Shown here: one piece after another, positions 47,935 to 57,628 of the stretch
Layout: each line of letters opens with the position of its first letter
Numbering within the stretch: position 1 is the first letter of the stretch
Sequence record: SRR20825006_1157
DNA: 64,000 nucleotides
Strand: one strand, 5' to 3'
The notes under the pieces: model-generated
The model's database searches: none
What the model was told of the DNA's origin: nothing
What the model saw: the letters and a program-made list of their open reading frames with translations, nothing else
Program-made: the position numbers and the translations under genes

Positions 47935-49251
47935 ATGTTCTTGCCGGCAGAAATCATCGCCAAAAAACGCGATGGTGAAACCCTTACCCCTGCTGAAATC
48001 AGCGCCTTCATTGAAGGCGTGGTCAGCGGTGCAGTAAAGCCGGAACAAGCCGCCGCCTTCGCCATGGCAGTCTACTTTCAGAATATGGATATGAACGAGC
48101 GCGTGGCGCTCACCTTGGCCATGCGCGACAGTGGTGAAGTGCTCAATTGGGACGAACTGGACGGCCCCGTCATAGACAAACATTCTACCGGCGGTGTGGG
48201 CGACAATGTCTCCTTGATGCTGGCCCCCATCTGGGCCGCTTGTGGCGCTTATGTGCCCATGATTTCTGGCCGCGGCCTCGGGCATACGGGCGGCACACTT
48301 GATAAATTTGATGCCATCCCCGGCTATCAAACCAGCGTCGACAATGCCTTGTTCCGTAAGGTTGTCGCCGAAGCAGGTTGCGCTATTGTGGGGCAAACCA
48401 GCAATCTCGCACCCGCCGACAAAATCCTTTACGCCATCCGCGATGTCACCGCGACTGTGGATAATATTTCTTTGATCACAGGCTCCATTCTGTCCAAAAA
48501 ACTGGCTGCCGGGTTGGATGCGTTGGTGCTTGATGTGAAGGTCGGCTCAGGTGCCTTTATGAAGTCAGCGGACGAGGCTAAAGCCTTGGCACAAAGCCTT
48601 GTCCAAGTCGCCAATGGCGCAGGCGTGCGCACCAGCGCTTTGATCAGCGACATGAACCAGCCCCTTGCCAGCGCCGCGGGCAATGCACTTGAGGTGCAGA
48701 ACGCCGTGCAGTTCCTCACAGGCGAACACCGCGGTGCCAATCTCGAGCAAGTGGTGCTGGAGCTCGCGGCCCATGGCTTGATGCATGGCGGCCTGTCAGC
48801 CGATCTGGATGCAGCCCGGCAAAAGGCGCAAGACGCGTTGGATAATGGCAGGGCGGCAGAACGATTTGGCAAAATGATCAGCGGCCTTGGTGGACCAAGC
48901 GATTTTATGTTGCGAGCAGAACATTATTTGCCCAAGGCCAAAATCATTCGTGACGTGACGATCGGCCAGTCTGGCTATGTCACCGAAATCAACGCTAAGC
49001 AGGTGGGCATGGGTGTGGTGATCTTGGGCGGAGGCCGCAAAGCGCCGGGTGATCCGCTGGATTATGCGGTTGGCTTCGATCAGCTTGCTTCACTTGGGCA
49101 AATGATTGAACAAGATACCCCCATCGCGCGTTTACACGCCAATGATGAAGCCTTGGCCGATGAAGCGGAAGAGCGATTGAAAGCGGCGTATAGCCTTGGC
49201 GATGCGCCGCAAACCCCGCCATTATTTTATGGCGTGATAGAGCAGAATTAG
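47935..49251 (+). CDS. deoA: Thymidine phosphorylase
   Basis: [48 protein letters not shown]. Confidence 0.96.
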   Translation: MFLPAEIIAKKRDGETLTPAEISAFIEGVVSGAVKPEQAAAFAMAVYFQNMDMNERVALTLAMRDSGEVLNWDELDGPVIDKHSTGGVGDNVSLMLAPIWAACGAYVPMISGRGLGHTGGTLDKFDAIPGYQTSVDNALFRKVVAEAGCAIVGQTSNLAPADKILYAIRDVTATVDNISLITGSILSKKLAAGLDALVLDVKVGSGAFMKSADEAKALAQSLVQVANGAGVRTSALISDMNQPLASAAGNALEVQNAVQFLTGEHRGANLEQVVLELAAHGLMHGGLSADLDAARQKAQDALDNGRAAERFGKMISGLGGPSDFMLRAEHYLPKAKIIRDVTIGQSGYVTEINAKQVGMGVVILGGGRKAPGDPLDYAVGFDQLASLGQMIEQDTPIARLHANDEALADEAEERLKAAYSLGDAPQTPPLFYGVIEQN

Positions 49252-49259
49252 GAGGCCTT

Positions 49260-50477
49260 ATGCCCCGAGCAATATTATGTGTGTTGGATAGTTTTGGTAT
49301 TGGCGGCGCGCCGGATGCAGCAGATTTTGGCGACAAGGGCGCCAACACGCTCGGCCATATCGCCGACAAATGCGCCGCAGGTGAAGCCGACAAAGAAGGC
49401 TTGCGCCAAGGCCCGCTCTTCTTGCCCAATATGGATATGCTAGGACTTGGCCTTGCAGCCAAAGCCGCGGCAGGCACCTTGCCGCCGGGGCTCAGCGAAG
49501 AGCACAAAGCAGGCGTCTGGGCACATGCCAAAGAAGTGTCGAAAGGTAAAGACACCCCGTCTGGCCATTGGGAAATTGCGGGCGTGCCAGTGTCATTTGA
49601 TTGGGGCTATTTCCCCGAAACAGAACCTTGCTTTCCGCCAGACCTGATCGAAAAATTTATTGAAGAGGCCAAACTGTCCGGCATTTTGGGCAACAAACAT
49701 GCGTCTGGCACCACCATCATCGCGGAGTTGGGCGAAGAGCATATCAAAACTGGCAAACCGATCTGTTACACCAGTGCCGATAGCGTGTTTCAAATCGCTG
49801 CCCATGAGCAGCATTTTGGCTTAGATCGTCTTTATGAGATTTGCGAGATCGCTCGCAAATTGCTTGATCCCCTCAATATTGGCCGCGTGATTGCACGGCC
49901 ATTTAACGGTGAAAATGCTGGGGACTTTAAACGCACGGGCAATCGTCGCGACTTCTCTGTTTTACCACCAGAACCAACCCTTCTGGATCGCGCCAAGGAA
50001 GCAGGCCGCAAGGTACTGGCTGTGGGAAAAATCTCGGATATTTACGCAGCGCAGGGCGTGACCCACAAGATCAAAGCCAGCGGCAATATAGCGCTTTTTG
50101 ATGCGACATTGGATGCGATGGATATGGCGGAAGATGGTGACTTGATCTTCACCAATTTTGTCGATTTCGACATGGAATATGGCCATCGTCGCGATGTGCC
50201 GGGTTATGCTGCAGCACTAGAAAAATTTGATCGCCGTTTGCCTGAGCTGGTCGCCAAAATGCGTCAGGATGATGTGCTGATCCTCACCGCAGATCATGGC
50301 TGCGATCCCACCTGGCGTGGCACGGATCATACGCGCGAGCAGGTGCCCGTTTTATGTTTTTCCCCAATTTTGCACAAAGCCAGTGCAGGCGGGCGAGAAA
50401 CATTTGCAGATATAGGTGAAAGCGTGGCAAGTTGGCTAAAACTGCCAGCCGGACCCTATGGTAAGAGCTTTTTGTAA
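49260..50477 (+). CDS. deoB: Phosphopentomutase
   Basis: [50 protein letters not shown]. Confidence 0.96.
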   Translation: MPRAILCVLDSFGIGGAPDAADFGDKGANTLGHIADKCAAGEADKEGLRQGPLFLPNMDMLGLGLAAKAAAGTLPPGLSEEHKAGVWAHAKEVSKGKDTPSGHWEIAGVPVSFDWGYFPETEPCFPPDLIEKFIEEAKLSGILGNKHASGTTIIAELGEEHIKTGKPICYTSADSVFQIAAHEQHFGLDRLYEICEIARKLLDPLNIGRVIARPFNGENAGDFKRTGNRRDFSVLPPEPTLLDRAKEAGRKVLAVGKISDIYAAQGVTHKIKASGNIALFDATLDAMDMAEDGDLIFTNFVDFDMEYGHRRDVPGYAAALEKFDRRLPELVAKMRQDDVLILTADHGCDPTWRGTDHTREQVPVLCFSPILHKASAGGRETFADIGESVASWLKLPAGPYGKSFL

Positions 50478-50487
50478 GAGGTAGAAT

Positions 50488-51117
50488 ATGGAAAACGTCA
50501 CCGTTGTCGAACACCCGTTGGTGCAACATAAATTGACCATTATGCGGGATAAAGAAACATCAACGGCGAGTTTCCGTCGGCTCTTGCAGGAAATTGCGCA
50601 CTTGCTTTGCTATGAGGTAACCCGCGATCTCGAAACCGAGCTGATCGAAATTGAAACCCCAATCCAGAAAATGCAAAGCCCTGCCCTAAAAGGCAAAAAG
50701 CTTGTGTTCGCGTCTATCCTGCGGGCGGGCAATGGCTTGCTGGAAGGCATGTTGGATTTGGTGCCAAGCGCGCGCGTTTCCCATATCGGCCTTTATCGCG
50801 ATCCAGAAACATTGGAAGCGATTGAATATTATTTCAAAGCTCCATCTGACATTGCAGACCGTTTGGTGGTTGTGGTTGACCCCATGTTGGCGACAGCCAA
50901 TTCAGCCGTCACCGCCGTAGATCGTATCAAACGCCGCGGCGCCAACAATCTGCGCTTCTTGTGCTTGTTGGCTGCGCCAGAGGGCATCAAACGCTTCCAA
51001 GAAGCGCATCCAGATGTGCCGATCTACACCGCTGCGATTGACGAAAAACTCAATGAAAAAGGCTATATTGTGCCGGGCTTGGGCGATGCGGGGGACCGCA
51101 TGTATGGCACGCGCTAA
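50488..51117 (+). CDS. upp: Uracil phosphoribosyltransferase
   Basis: [32 protein letters not shown]. Confidence 0.96.
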   Translation: MENVTVVEHPLVQHKLTIMRDKETSTASFRRLLQEIAHLLCYEVTRDLETELIEIETPIQKMQSPALKGKKLVFASILRAGNGLLEGMLDLVPSARVSHIGLYRDPETLEAIEYYFKAPSDIADRLVVVVDPMLATANSAVTAVDRIKRRGANNLRFLCLLAAPEGIKRFQEAHPDVPIYTAAIDEKLNEKGYIVPGLGDAGDRMYGTR

Positions 51118-51536
51118 TGCAGCCTAAAGATTTGATGGGCGAGTGGCGGCTTTTGTCCGCCACTTTAACGGTGGCCGGTGAGGACAATTCGATCCTTGAC
51201 CCCAATCGTCATTTTATCAAGCTGTTCACCGCCAACCACTTCGCCTTCTTTTCCCGTTTGCCAGAACGGCCACGCTACACGCTGCCACCCAGCGATAGCG
51301 AGTTGATTGCTGGTGGTAAATCTTTTGATGCTGGTGGCGGTCGGTACGATCTTGAAGGCGACAATTATATTGAGCATATCGATTATTGCTCGTTCCCCAA
51401 TTATGAGGGCATTTCCATCGCCTTCAAACTGTCGTTCGAAAACGGTGTGCTCACCCAGCAAGGCACCTATCCTTTGGTGAAATTGGGGCTGGGTGAGGTC
51501 GATGGCTATCTCGTCGAAACCTACGAGAAAATCTAA
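51117..51536 (+). CDS. Lipocalin-like domain protein
   Basis: LMGEWRLLS lipocalin-type start and GGRY; beta-rich; TAATG overlap with upp. Confidence 0.7.
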   Translation: MQPKDLMGEWRLLSATLTVAGEDNSILDPNRHFIKLFTANHFAFFSRLPERPRYTLPPSDSELIAGGKSFDAGGGRYDLEGDNYIEHIDYCSFPNYEGISIAFKLSFENGVLTQQGTYPLVKLGLGEVDGYLVETYEKI

Positions 51537-52150
51537 GCCTTTAGCGGCAAACCCAAGGCGATCAAATCTTCACGCAATTGCTCAGGGCTTTCAAAATGAA
51601 TGGCCTTCATGCCGATATATTCCGCAGCCACCACATTGGGATAGCTATCATCAATGAACACGCAGCTAGAGGCATCAAGGCTATAACGCTCCAAAAAGCG
51701 GTGATAAATCCGATAGTCTGGCTTCACCAGTTTTTCTTGGCCCGAAACCAAAATGCCATCAAACTTTTGCAAGAACTTATAGTTTTCCAGCGTCAGCTGA
51801 AATTTCTCTTTTGAGTAGTTGGTGATGGCAAAAGTTGGAATGTCTTCAGCAATCAGCTCTTCGTGGATTGCAACCGTACCCTCAAACAATCCTGCAATTG
51901 TTTCCAACCAGCGCTTATCATAAGCCACAATCTGGTCTGTATAGGCGGGGAAACGAGCACACAGCTCAGCAATGCCTTCGGCATAAAGCTTGCCTGCATC
52001 AAACTCTAAATTCCACAAGCCGGAATAAACATTTTCGACAAACCAAATTGCTTCTTCTTCGGTGTCAAACACATTGCGATAAAGATTAAGCGGGTGCCAA
52101 TCGATAAAAACACCGCCCAGATCAAACACGGGGATCAAATAATCAGACAT
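51533..52150 (-). CDS. HAD-superfamily hydrolase
   Basis: FDLGGVFIDW, ITN, KPDYRIY, FIDDS. ATG 52150 preferred. Confidence 0.9.
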   Translation of the reverse strand: MSDYLIPVFDLGGVFIDWHPLNLYRNVFDTEEEAIWFVENVYSGLWNLEFDAGKLYAEGIAELCARFPAYTDQIVAYDKRWLETIAGLFEGTVAIHEELIAEDIPTFAITNYSKEKFQLTLENYKFLQKFDGILVSGQEKLVKPDYRIYHRFLERYSLDASSCVFIDDSYPNVVAAEYIGMKAIHFESPEQLREDLIALGLPLKA

Positions 52151-52185
52151 GATTTTCCTGAAGATGGGGACCAGATGAGGCAACC

Positions 52186-52743
52186 CTAGATCAGTTGGAT
52201 GATTCCATCAAACCGAGATCTGAAGAAGTACCGCTCTTTAAAGCTCAGGGTGGAGTTGAACACATAGCCCACCACTGGCGACATGGAATTCCAAGCTTCA
52301 CCCATCACCATATAACGGTTCTTATTGGCAGCAGCCACTTCAGGCGGCATGTCAACAAACTGGCTGCCAACCGACAAAATTGAACCGCCATTATAGGTGC
52401 GAGACCAAATCACCCAAGCTTTGCCATCACCGTCGATGCGTAAGCTGGTCACGCGCTGCACCAAATTTGCCGACTTGTAAGGTTTGATGGTGAATTCAGC
52501 CGCCTTGAAATAATCGTCCACGGTGGCGATGGCGATTTTGTCTTCCGCTCGGGCAACCAAATCAGCCACAGAACCGGCAACAACAGAAACTTTGCGATCA
52601 ACAATGATGTAGGTGCTAAGGTCAATTGTACCCAAATAAAGCGTCAGCATTACGGGCAGAATAAGCGCGAATTCAACAGCAGAAACGCCGCGCTCATTTG
52701 TGCGGAGCCTCTTTAGTTTTTGGATTAAGTTGCGCAACATCAA
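52186..52743 (-). CDS. TadE/TadG-like pseudopilin
   Basis: NERG|VSAVEFALILP prepilin motif followed by a hydrophobic helix. Confidence 0.88.
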   Translation of the reverse strand: MMLRNLIQKLKRLRTNERGVSAVEFALILPVMLTLYLGTIDLSTYIIVDRKVSVVAGSVADLVARAEDKIAIATVDDYFKAAEFTIKPYKSANLVQRVTSLRIDGDGKAWVIWSRTYNGGSILSVGSQFVDMPPEVAAANKNRYMVMGEAWNSMSPVVGYVFNSTLSFKERYFFRSRFDGIIQLI

Positions 52744-52750
52744 TCCACTC

Positions 52751-53302
52751 CTAAAATGGCTCGTTCATGAACACACGCGATGCGCCCATCAACATGGCAC
52801 TATCGCCATCTAAATGACCGAGCTTGAACCCTAAAATGTTCAAGAAGGTTGGCCATTTATAATAAGTTTCCACCAGCACAACTTGGTTGCGGCCGCCAGG
52901 TTTAAAACTGCTTGAAATCACCCATTTGCCGTCAGCATCAACAGGGTTAGTGGTTTTAGCGTTAGCAAAGCTATCAACAACTTGAACACGGATGCGAAGC
53001 TTGTTGCAGTCAAACAAACCATACGTCTTGTCGCAAACTTTGGCCCGGAATTCTGGCATGTTATAGCCGCTGCGTTGCGCCTCTCCCGTGCGGACAACGC
53101 GCGTGGCATCACCAACAGCGGTATCTAATATCTGCGAAGCGAGCAGCACCAACCCGGTTTCAAGAATTGCGCCAATGATGGCGAAGAAGGGCAGGGCAAG
53201 TAGGCTAAACTCAACAACAGTTACCCCACGCTCATCCGAGGCGAAGCGTTTAGCCTTCAACTGCTTGTAAGCTTTTCGACATGTTCTGGCGACTGACATC
53301 AC
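52751..53302 (-). CDS. TadE-like pseudopilin
   Basis: DERG|VTVVEFSLLALPF, R.VRTG, ends F.NEPF. Confidence 0.88.
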   Translation of the reverse strand: MMSVARTCRKAYKQLKAKRFASDERGVTVVEFSLLALPFFAIIGAILETGLVLLASQILDTAVGDATRVVRTGEAQRSGYNMPEFRAKVCDKTYGLFDCNKLRIRVQVVDSFANAKTTNPVDADGKWVISSSFKPGGRNQVVLVETYYKWPTFLNILGFKLGHLDGDSAMLMGASRVFMNEPF

Positions 53303-53390
53303 TTGACCCTTGCTCTAAGTGAAGCAAGCATAGCGCTGTAAAATTACTGAATTCTTTCGATAATTCTTTGTAAGTGAAAGTAACAATCTC

Positions 53391-53870
53391 TTAGCGTGAA
53401 GCGGCTTCCACGATAGACTTAGAACCAGCAACTTCACCAAGATAATTTGTATCGTCACCCATCATCAATGCGGGGCCACAATCTGGCGTGCATGAAACAG
53501 TGTTGCGTTCTTCACCATTATAAACCAGCACCAAATTATCTTCTTGCGACACCACTTCAACCTTCAAATCGGCGATTGGATTGCCCACAGCATCTAGCGC
53601 GATCAAATTGGTGTGCCCAAATGTTTTGCCTGTTAAAACAATGGTTTCAGGGTCTTGGATGGTTGCATCCGCAATGCCTGGATTGCCGATCACGATGGTT
53701 GAGGCTGCAGAAGGCAACCGCAAAATGCGCGCCATATTAACCTGCACATCGACGCTACCTTTTGGGTCGGCGGCGAAGCCCGCGCCAGTTGATGAAACCA
53801 ACAGCCCTGCAACAACGGCTCCCGCGGCGGTCCAGGAACGGAGCACTTTATTGAGACGTATGCCAAGCAT
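53391..53870 (-). CDS. Pilus assembly protein with secretin N-terminal-like domain
   Basis: Signal peptide; ARILRL, IVIGNPGIADA, GKTFGHTNLIALD, CTPDC. Confidence 0.85.
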   Translation of the reverse strand: MLGIRLNKVLRSWTAAGAVVAGLLVSSTGAGFAADPKGSVDVQVNMARILRLPSAASTIVIGNPGIADATIQDPETIVLTGKTFGHTNLIALDAVGNPIADLKVEVVSQEDNLVLVYNGEERNTVSCTPDCGPALMMGDDTNYLGEVAGSKSIVEAASR

Positions 53871-54097
53871 GACTTTAACCCTTTATTCAGCAAAAACTTT
53901 TCTGCATCATGGGGCAGAATGGTGAATAAAGTGCAAATGTGTTTTGCCCTTCGCATTGCGCAACGCTGAACGAACACATTATCTATATATATAGAACAAT
54001 AAGGGCCGCTATTTGCCCCATTGATCGACGTGTCTGCTGGGGTGGGTAATATGCTGCAAATGGCTAACTATCCAAATTAGTTGCAAATATTTCTGCT

Positions 54098-54112
54098 TTA
54101 ACCACTTGATAA
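54098..54112 (+). promoter_or_regulatory. CtrA-like box upstream of the pilin gene
   Basis: TTAA-CCACTTG-ATAA (one mismatch to TTAA-N7-TTAA). Confidence 0.55.
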
Positions 54113-54157
54113 TCATAAATATAGCAAGTCCGGTTATTATGCGTTGCTGCGTTTCGA

Positions 54158-54172
54158 TTAACACAATTTCAA
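54158..54172 (+). promoter_or_regulatory. CtrA-like box upstream of the pilin gene
   Basis: TTAA-CACAATT-TCAA, directly followed by a GACTC (GANTC) site. Confidence 0.55.
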
Positions 54173-54265
54173 GACTCCGCGCCTAACGTTGAGCCTGAGT
54201 TCGATGGTGAGGATCGGACAATGTTTTGTCACGTTAGGGCGTGACGACGAGCAAGGAGCAACGAA

Positions 54266-54436
54266 ATGAAATTGGTAAAACGTTTTTTGGCTGATGAGTC
54301 AGGCGCGACCGCAATTGAGTATGGCTTGATTGCCGCACTTATCGCTGTGGCCATCATCAGTGCTGCAGGCCTTTTGGGTACAAAACTTGATGATTTGTTC
54401 TCAGGTATCGCAGGCAAGTTGGTAGCACCTGCATAA
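54266..54436 (+). CDS. pilA: Flp-family type IVb/IVc major pilin, 56 aa, absent from the ORF track
   Basis: Hand translation MKLVKRFLADESG|ATAIEYGLIAALIAVAIISAAGLLGTKLDDLFSGIAGKLVAPA; AAGGAG RBS. Confidence 0.96.
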   Translation: MKLVKRFLADESGATAIEYGLIAALIAVAIISAAGLLGTKLDDLFSGIAGKLVAPA

Positions 54437-54456
54437 GCCTCGGCTTACATGTTATC

Positions 54457-54491
54457 AAAAAGCGGGGAGCTGCAAAGCTCCCCTCTTTTTT
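54457..54491 (+). terminator. Intrinsic terminator after the pilin gene
   Basis: GGGGAGCT-GCAA-AGCTCCCC followed by TCTTTTTT. Confidence 0.85.
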
Positions 54492-54507
54492 GTCCTATCG
54501 CCGGTTT

Positions 54508-54533
54508 TTAACTTTTGACTAACCATAAATTAG
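54508..54533 (+). promoter_or_regulatory. Overlapping CtrA-like boxes upstream of cpaA
   Basis: TTAA-CTTTTGA-CTAA-CCATAAA-TTAG. Confidence 0.5.
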
Positions 54534-54563
54534 CAGACTGCAGCAACGTCTTTTAAAACAGGT

Positions 54564-55076
54564 ATGACCCCAATGAATGCGATCGTTCTTGCCATTTTTC
54601 CCATCATGATGGCTTTTTGTGCAGCTTATGATCTTCTCACCATGCGCATACCAAATTGGCTTTCGGCTGTTTTGATTGCGGGTTTTCTTGTTGCTGCATT
54701 GCTGGCTGGCTTTTCTTGGGAAACTATCGGCATGCACTTCGTCGCCTTTTTAATTGCACTTGTGGTCTGCTTTATTCTGTTCATCCCTGGCTGGATTGGC
54801 GGCGGCGATGCAAAATTCGCGGCCAGCACTGTGTTGTGGATGGGCATGAACCATGCCTTATCTTACTTCTTTTATGCCGCGATAGCGGGCGGCGTGTTCA
54901 CATTGTTGATCTTAGTTTTCCGAAAATTTGTGAACGCAACACAATTGCCCAAATGGGATTGGCTGGTAAAATTGCATGACCCGAAAGTGGGCGTACCTTA
55001 TGGCGTGGCTTTGGCCATCGCCGCTCTATTGGTCTTCCCAAGCACCAATATTTTCTCGGCGCTTGCGCTAAGCTAA
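54564..55076 (+). CDS. cpaA: A24-family prepilin peptidase
   Basis: YDLLTMRIPN, GGGDAK, VPYGVA; multiple TM segments. Confidence 0.92.
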   Translation: MTPMNAIVLAIFPIMMAFCAAYDLLTMRIPNWLSAVLIAGFLVAALLAGFSWETIGMHFVAFLIALVVCFILFIPGWIGGGDAKFAASTVLWMGMNHALSYFFYAAIAGGVFTLLILVFRKFVNATQLPKWDWLVKLHDPKVGVPYGVALAIAALLVFPSTNIFSALALS

Positions 55077-55125
55077 GCACTTATAATCGTGCAACTTTTC
55101 GTTAACGCTATTTGACAAGGCTCCA

Positions 55126-55141
55126 TTAACCAAACCTTGAC
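55126..55141 (+). promoter_or_regulatory. CtrA-like box upstream of cpaB
   Basis: TTAA-CCAAACC-TTGAC. Confidence 0.55.
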
Positions 55142-55217
55142 GCTTTAGGTCGATACTACCCCGGAATATCTGTGCGTATTGGGTGCAGAAGCATTGAGTT
55201 TAACCGGGGAAATAGAA

Positions 55218-56153
55218 ATGAAGCCGGCGCGTTTGATTCTCGTTTTAGTTGCTTTGATAGCAGGTGGCTTGGCAGCTTTTTTTGCCTTGAATTCAGGCGG
55301 GAGCTCAGATCCTTCGCCACAAGTTGCTGAGGTCGAGTCCGTTCAAAAGGTCAAAGTTTTGATCGCCAGCCGCACCATTGGCATTGGCGAGCGGTTGGAC
55401 CCAACAACAGTGATGTGGCAAGATTGGCCAGAAGAGGCCATTCGCCCAGAATTCATCACAGATGAACGCTTGCCGGACGCACCGCAGCAAATGCAGGGCA
55501 CCATTTCCCGCTTTGAAATTTTTGAGGGCGAGCCCATTCGCGAAGCGAAATTGGTGCGCACCGGACAGGGCTATTTGTCCGCAGTGATCGGCAAAGGCAT
55601 GCGCGGCGTTTCAATTGAAGTGTCAGCAGAAAGCGGCGCAGGCGGCTTTATCGTGCCAAATGACCGCGTAGATGTTGTGCTCACACAACGCAACCGCACT
55701 GGCGACACGTCACAGACCATTTTGAACAATGCCCGTGTGCTGGCCATCGGCAAAAAGCTTGGCGAAGTCGGCCCAAATGGCGGCGGCGGAAATGGCGAGC
55801 AGGCCAGCCCAGAAGCATTTGAAAACAACACAATTGCGACCTTGGAATTAACGCCACGCCAAGCAGAAGCCATCATCAACGCGTCTCAAGTTGGCCAACT
55901 TTCATTGGTGTTGCGTTCAATCATTGACTTTGTAGATGGTCCGGCAACGGCAGGCACAGGCGATAATGCAAGTGTAAAACTGATCCGCGCTGGCCAGCAA
56001 ACGAGCGCCTTGGCGGTTTCAGCTGAAAACCCAGCGCAAAACGAAACATCCGAAACAGAACAAAGTACCGGTGGTCCCGTATTTTCTGCGGTTCCAGCCC
56101 CGGTGGCACAACAGCCGCAACCAAATAGTGCACCAGCCGTGGTGAAGGAGTAA
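55218..56153 (+). CDS. cpaB: Flp pilus assembly protein CpaB/RcpC
   Basis: N-terminal TM, SAF-like region, GMRGVSI, GGFIVPNDRVDV, TLELTP. ATG 55218. Confidence 0.92.
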   Translation: MKPARLILVLVALIAGGLAAFFALNSGGSSDPSPQVAEVESVQKVKVLIASRTIGIGERLDPTTVMWQDWPEEAIRPEFITDERLPDAPQQMQGTISRFEIFEGEPIREAKLVRTGQGYLSAVIGKGMRGVSIEVSAESGAGGFIVPNDRVDVVLTQRNRTGDTSQTILNNARVLAIGKKLGEVGPNGGGGNGEQASPEAFENNTIATLELTPRQAEAIINASQVGQLSLVLRSIIDFVDGPATAGTGDNASVKLIRAGQQTSALAVSAENPAQNETSETEQSTGGPVFSAVPAPVAQQPQPNSAPAVVKE

Positions 56154-57511
56154 TGGTGATGTCGAAAAATTCACAAGCCATTTTGAAATTCAAGGCATCA
56201 AAAGCATTCAGCAAAATGCTAGCGAAAAGCCTTTTGCTGCTCACCATGTTGTTGGCACCTCAAATGCTTGTGCCGCAAGCAGCTATGGCCAACGCTACCA
56301 TGCGGGTGTCCGCCAATCAAATTGGGCAAACTTATGCCGTGGAATTGGGTGTAAACAAATCGCTCATTATTGATCTGCCTGTGTCTGCAAAAGAAGTGAT
56401 CGTGTCTGAGCCACGTATTGCGAATGCCATTGTGCGCACCCAGCGCCGCGCCATTGTGCAAGGCCGCATGGCAGGCGACACAAACATTATCTTCTTGGAT
56501 GTGAAGGGCAATCCAATCGCTGTGTTGGATGTGACCGTAGGGGCGCAATCTGACGGCGGTTTGGAAAACACATTGGCAAGATTGTTGCCAGGTTCATCCA
56601 TCCAGTCCACCATGGCTGAGGATCGTGTGGTGCTTTCCGGCACAGCGCGCAGCGACTCAGATGTACAAAACGCCATCGCCATTGCCAAGCAATTCACTAA
56701 CAATGAGGTTGTCTCGGTTGTTGAAGTGTCTGGCGCGCAACAAGTCATGTTGAAGGTGATCGTTGCTGAAGTGCAGCGTGAAACCATCAAACAATTGGGC
56801 ATTGATTTGAACGCCAGCCTTAATGTTGGCGGCGTCACCACCTCATTGCTCACCAGCCAGGGTCTTGGCGGTGTGTCCAACACAGTTTCGCCAAACAGCG
56901 GCAAGCTTGGGTTCTCTTTCGGCAATCTATCTGTAGATGCCACTGTAAAATCATTGGAACGTCGTGGTGCTTTGCGCACTTTGGCTGAACCGACCTTGAC
57001 GGCCTATTCTGGCAAAAGCGCAGAGTTCTTGGCCGGTGGTGAGTTCCCAATCCCGGTTGCTTTTGAAGATGGCAAAATCACTTATGAATTTAAGCAGTTT
57101 GGTGTGGAGCTGAAATTCACCCCATCAGTTCACTCAAATAACGACATCTCTATGGATGTTGATACCAAGGTGACCGAACTGAACGTTGAGGGTGGTTACA
57201 CAGCTGGCCCGGTCAATATTCCGGCCACCAAAGAGCGTAGCGCTAAAACTTCTGTGAAGCTGCCGACAGGTTCCACTTTGGCAATTGCTGGCCTGATTGA
57301 AGAGAAAACACGTCAGCAATTCAACGAAGTGCCGGGCGTCAGCAAAATCCCAATTTTGGGTGCCTTGTTCCGCTCTCGCGATTTTATTCGCTCTGAAACA
57401 GAATTGCTGATCTTGGTTACGCCATATCTGACCGCGCCAAGCCATGTGAACGACTACACATTGCCAACCGACAAACTGGAATTTGCAGGCGATGCGGAAG
57501 CGGTGTTCTAG
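56153..57511 (+). CDS. cpaC: Tad secretin CpaC/RcpA, ending at an apparently premature TAG; the frame continues to 57595
   Basis: QQVMLKV, LAEPTL, FLAGGEFPIP, FGVELKFTP, IPILGALFRS, ETELLILVTPY. Confidence 0.9.
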   Translation: MVMSKNSQAILKFKASKAFSKMLAKSLLLLTMLLAPQMLVPQAAMANATMRVSANQIGQTYAVELGVNKSLIIDLPVSAKEVIVSEPRIANAIVRTQRRAIVQGRMAGDTNIIFLDVKGNPIAVLDVTVGAQSDGGLENTLARLLPGSSIQSTMAEDRVVLSGTARSDSDVQNAIAIAKQFTNNEVVSVVEVSGAQQVMLKVIVAEVQRETIKQLGIDLNASLNVGGVTTSLLTSQGLGGVSNTVSPNSGKLGFSFGNLSVDATVKSLERRGALRTLAEPTLTAYSGKSAEFLAGGEFPIPVAFEDGKITYEFKQFGVELKFTPSVHSNNDISMDVDTKVTELNVEGGYTAGPVNIPATKERSAKTSVKLPTGSTLAIAGLIEEKTRQQFNEVPGVSKIPILGALFRSRDFIRSETELLILVTPYLTAPSHVNDYTLPTDKLEFAGDAEAVF

Positions 57512-57628
57512 GGCCATATGGAAAAACTGTATGGAGTGGGCAATGGCCCTAAAGGTCAAAGCCTTAAAGGTGGCGTTGGATTTGTTCTGGATTGATTGCA
57601 AGCACTAAACGAGTTGGAAGTATAAATT

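Noticed and set aside
53871-54265. Possible sRNA or small ORF in the long AT-rich intergenic region (includes TCTATATATATAGA)
   Set aside because: No terminator or RBS-linked ORF found; adequately explained as divergent pilus promoters.
57509-57511. Pyrrolysine or recoded TAG in cpaC
   Set aside because: TAG acts as a normal stop in many genes here (thiolase, dctP, zwf, cdd, deoC) and no pyl genes are visible.
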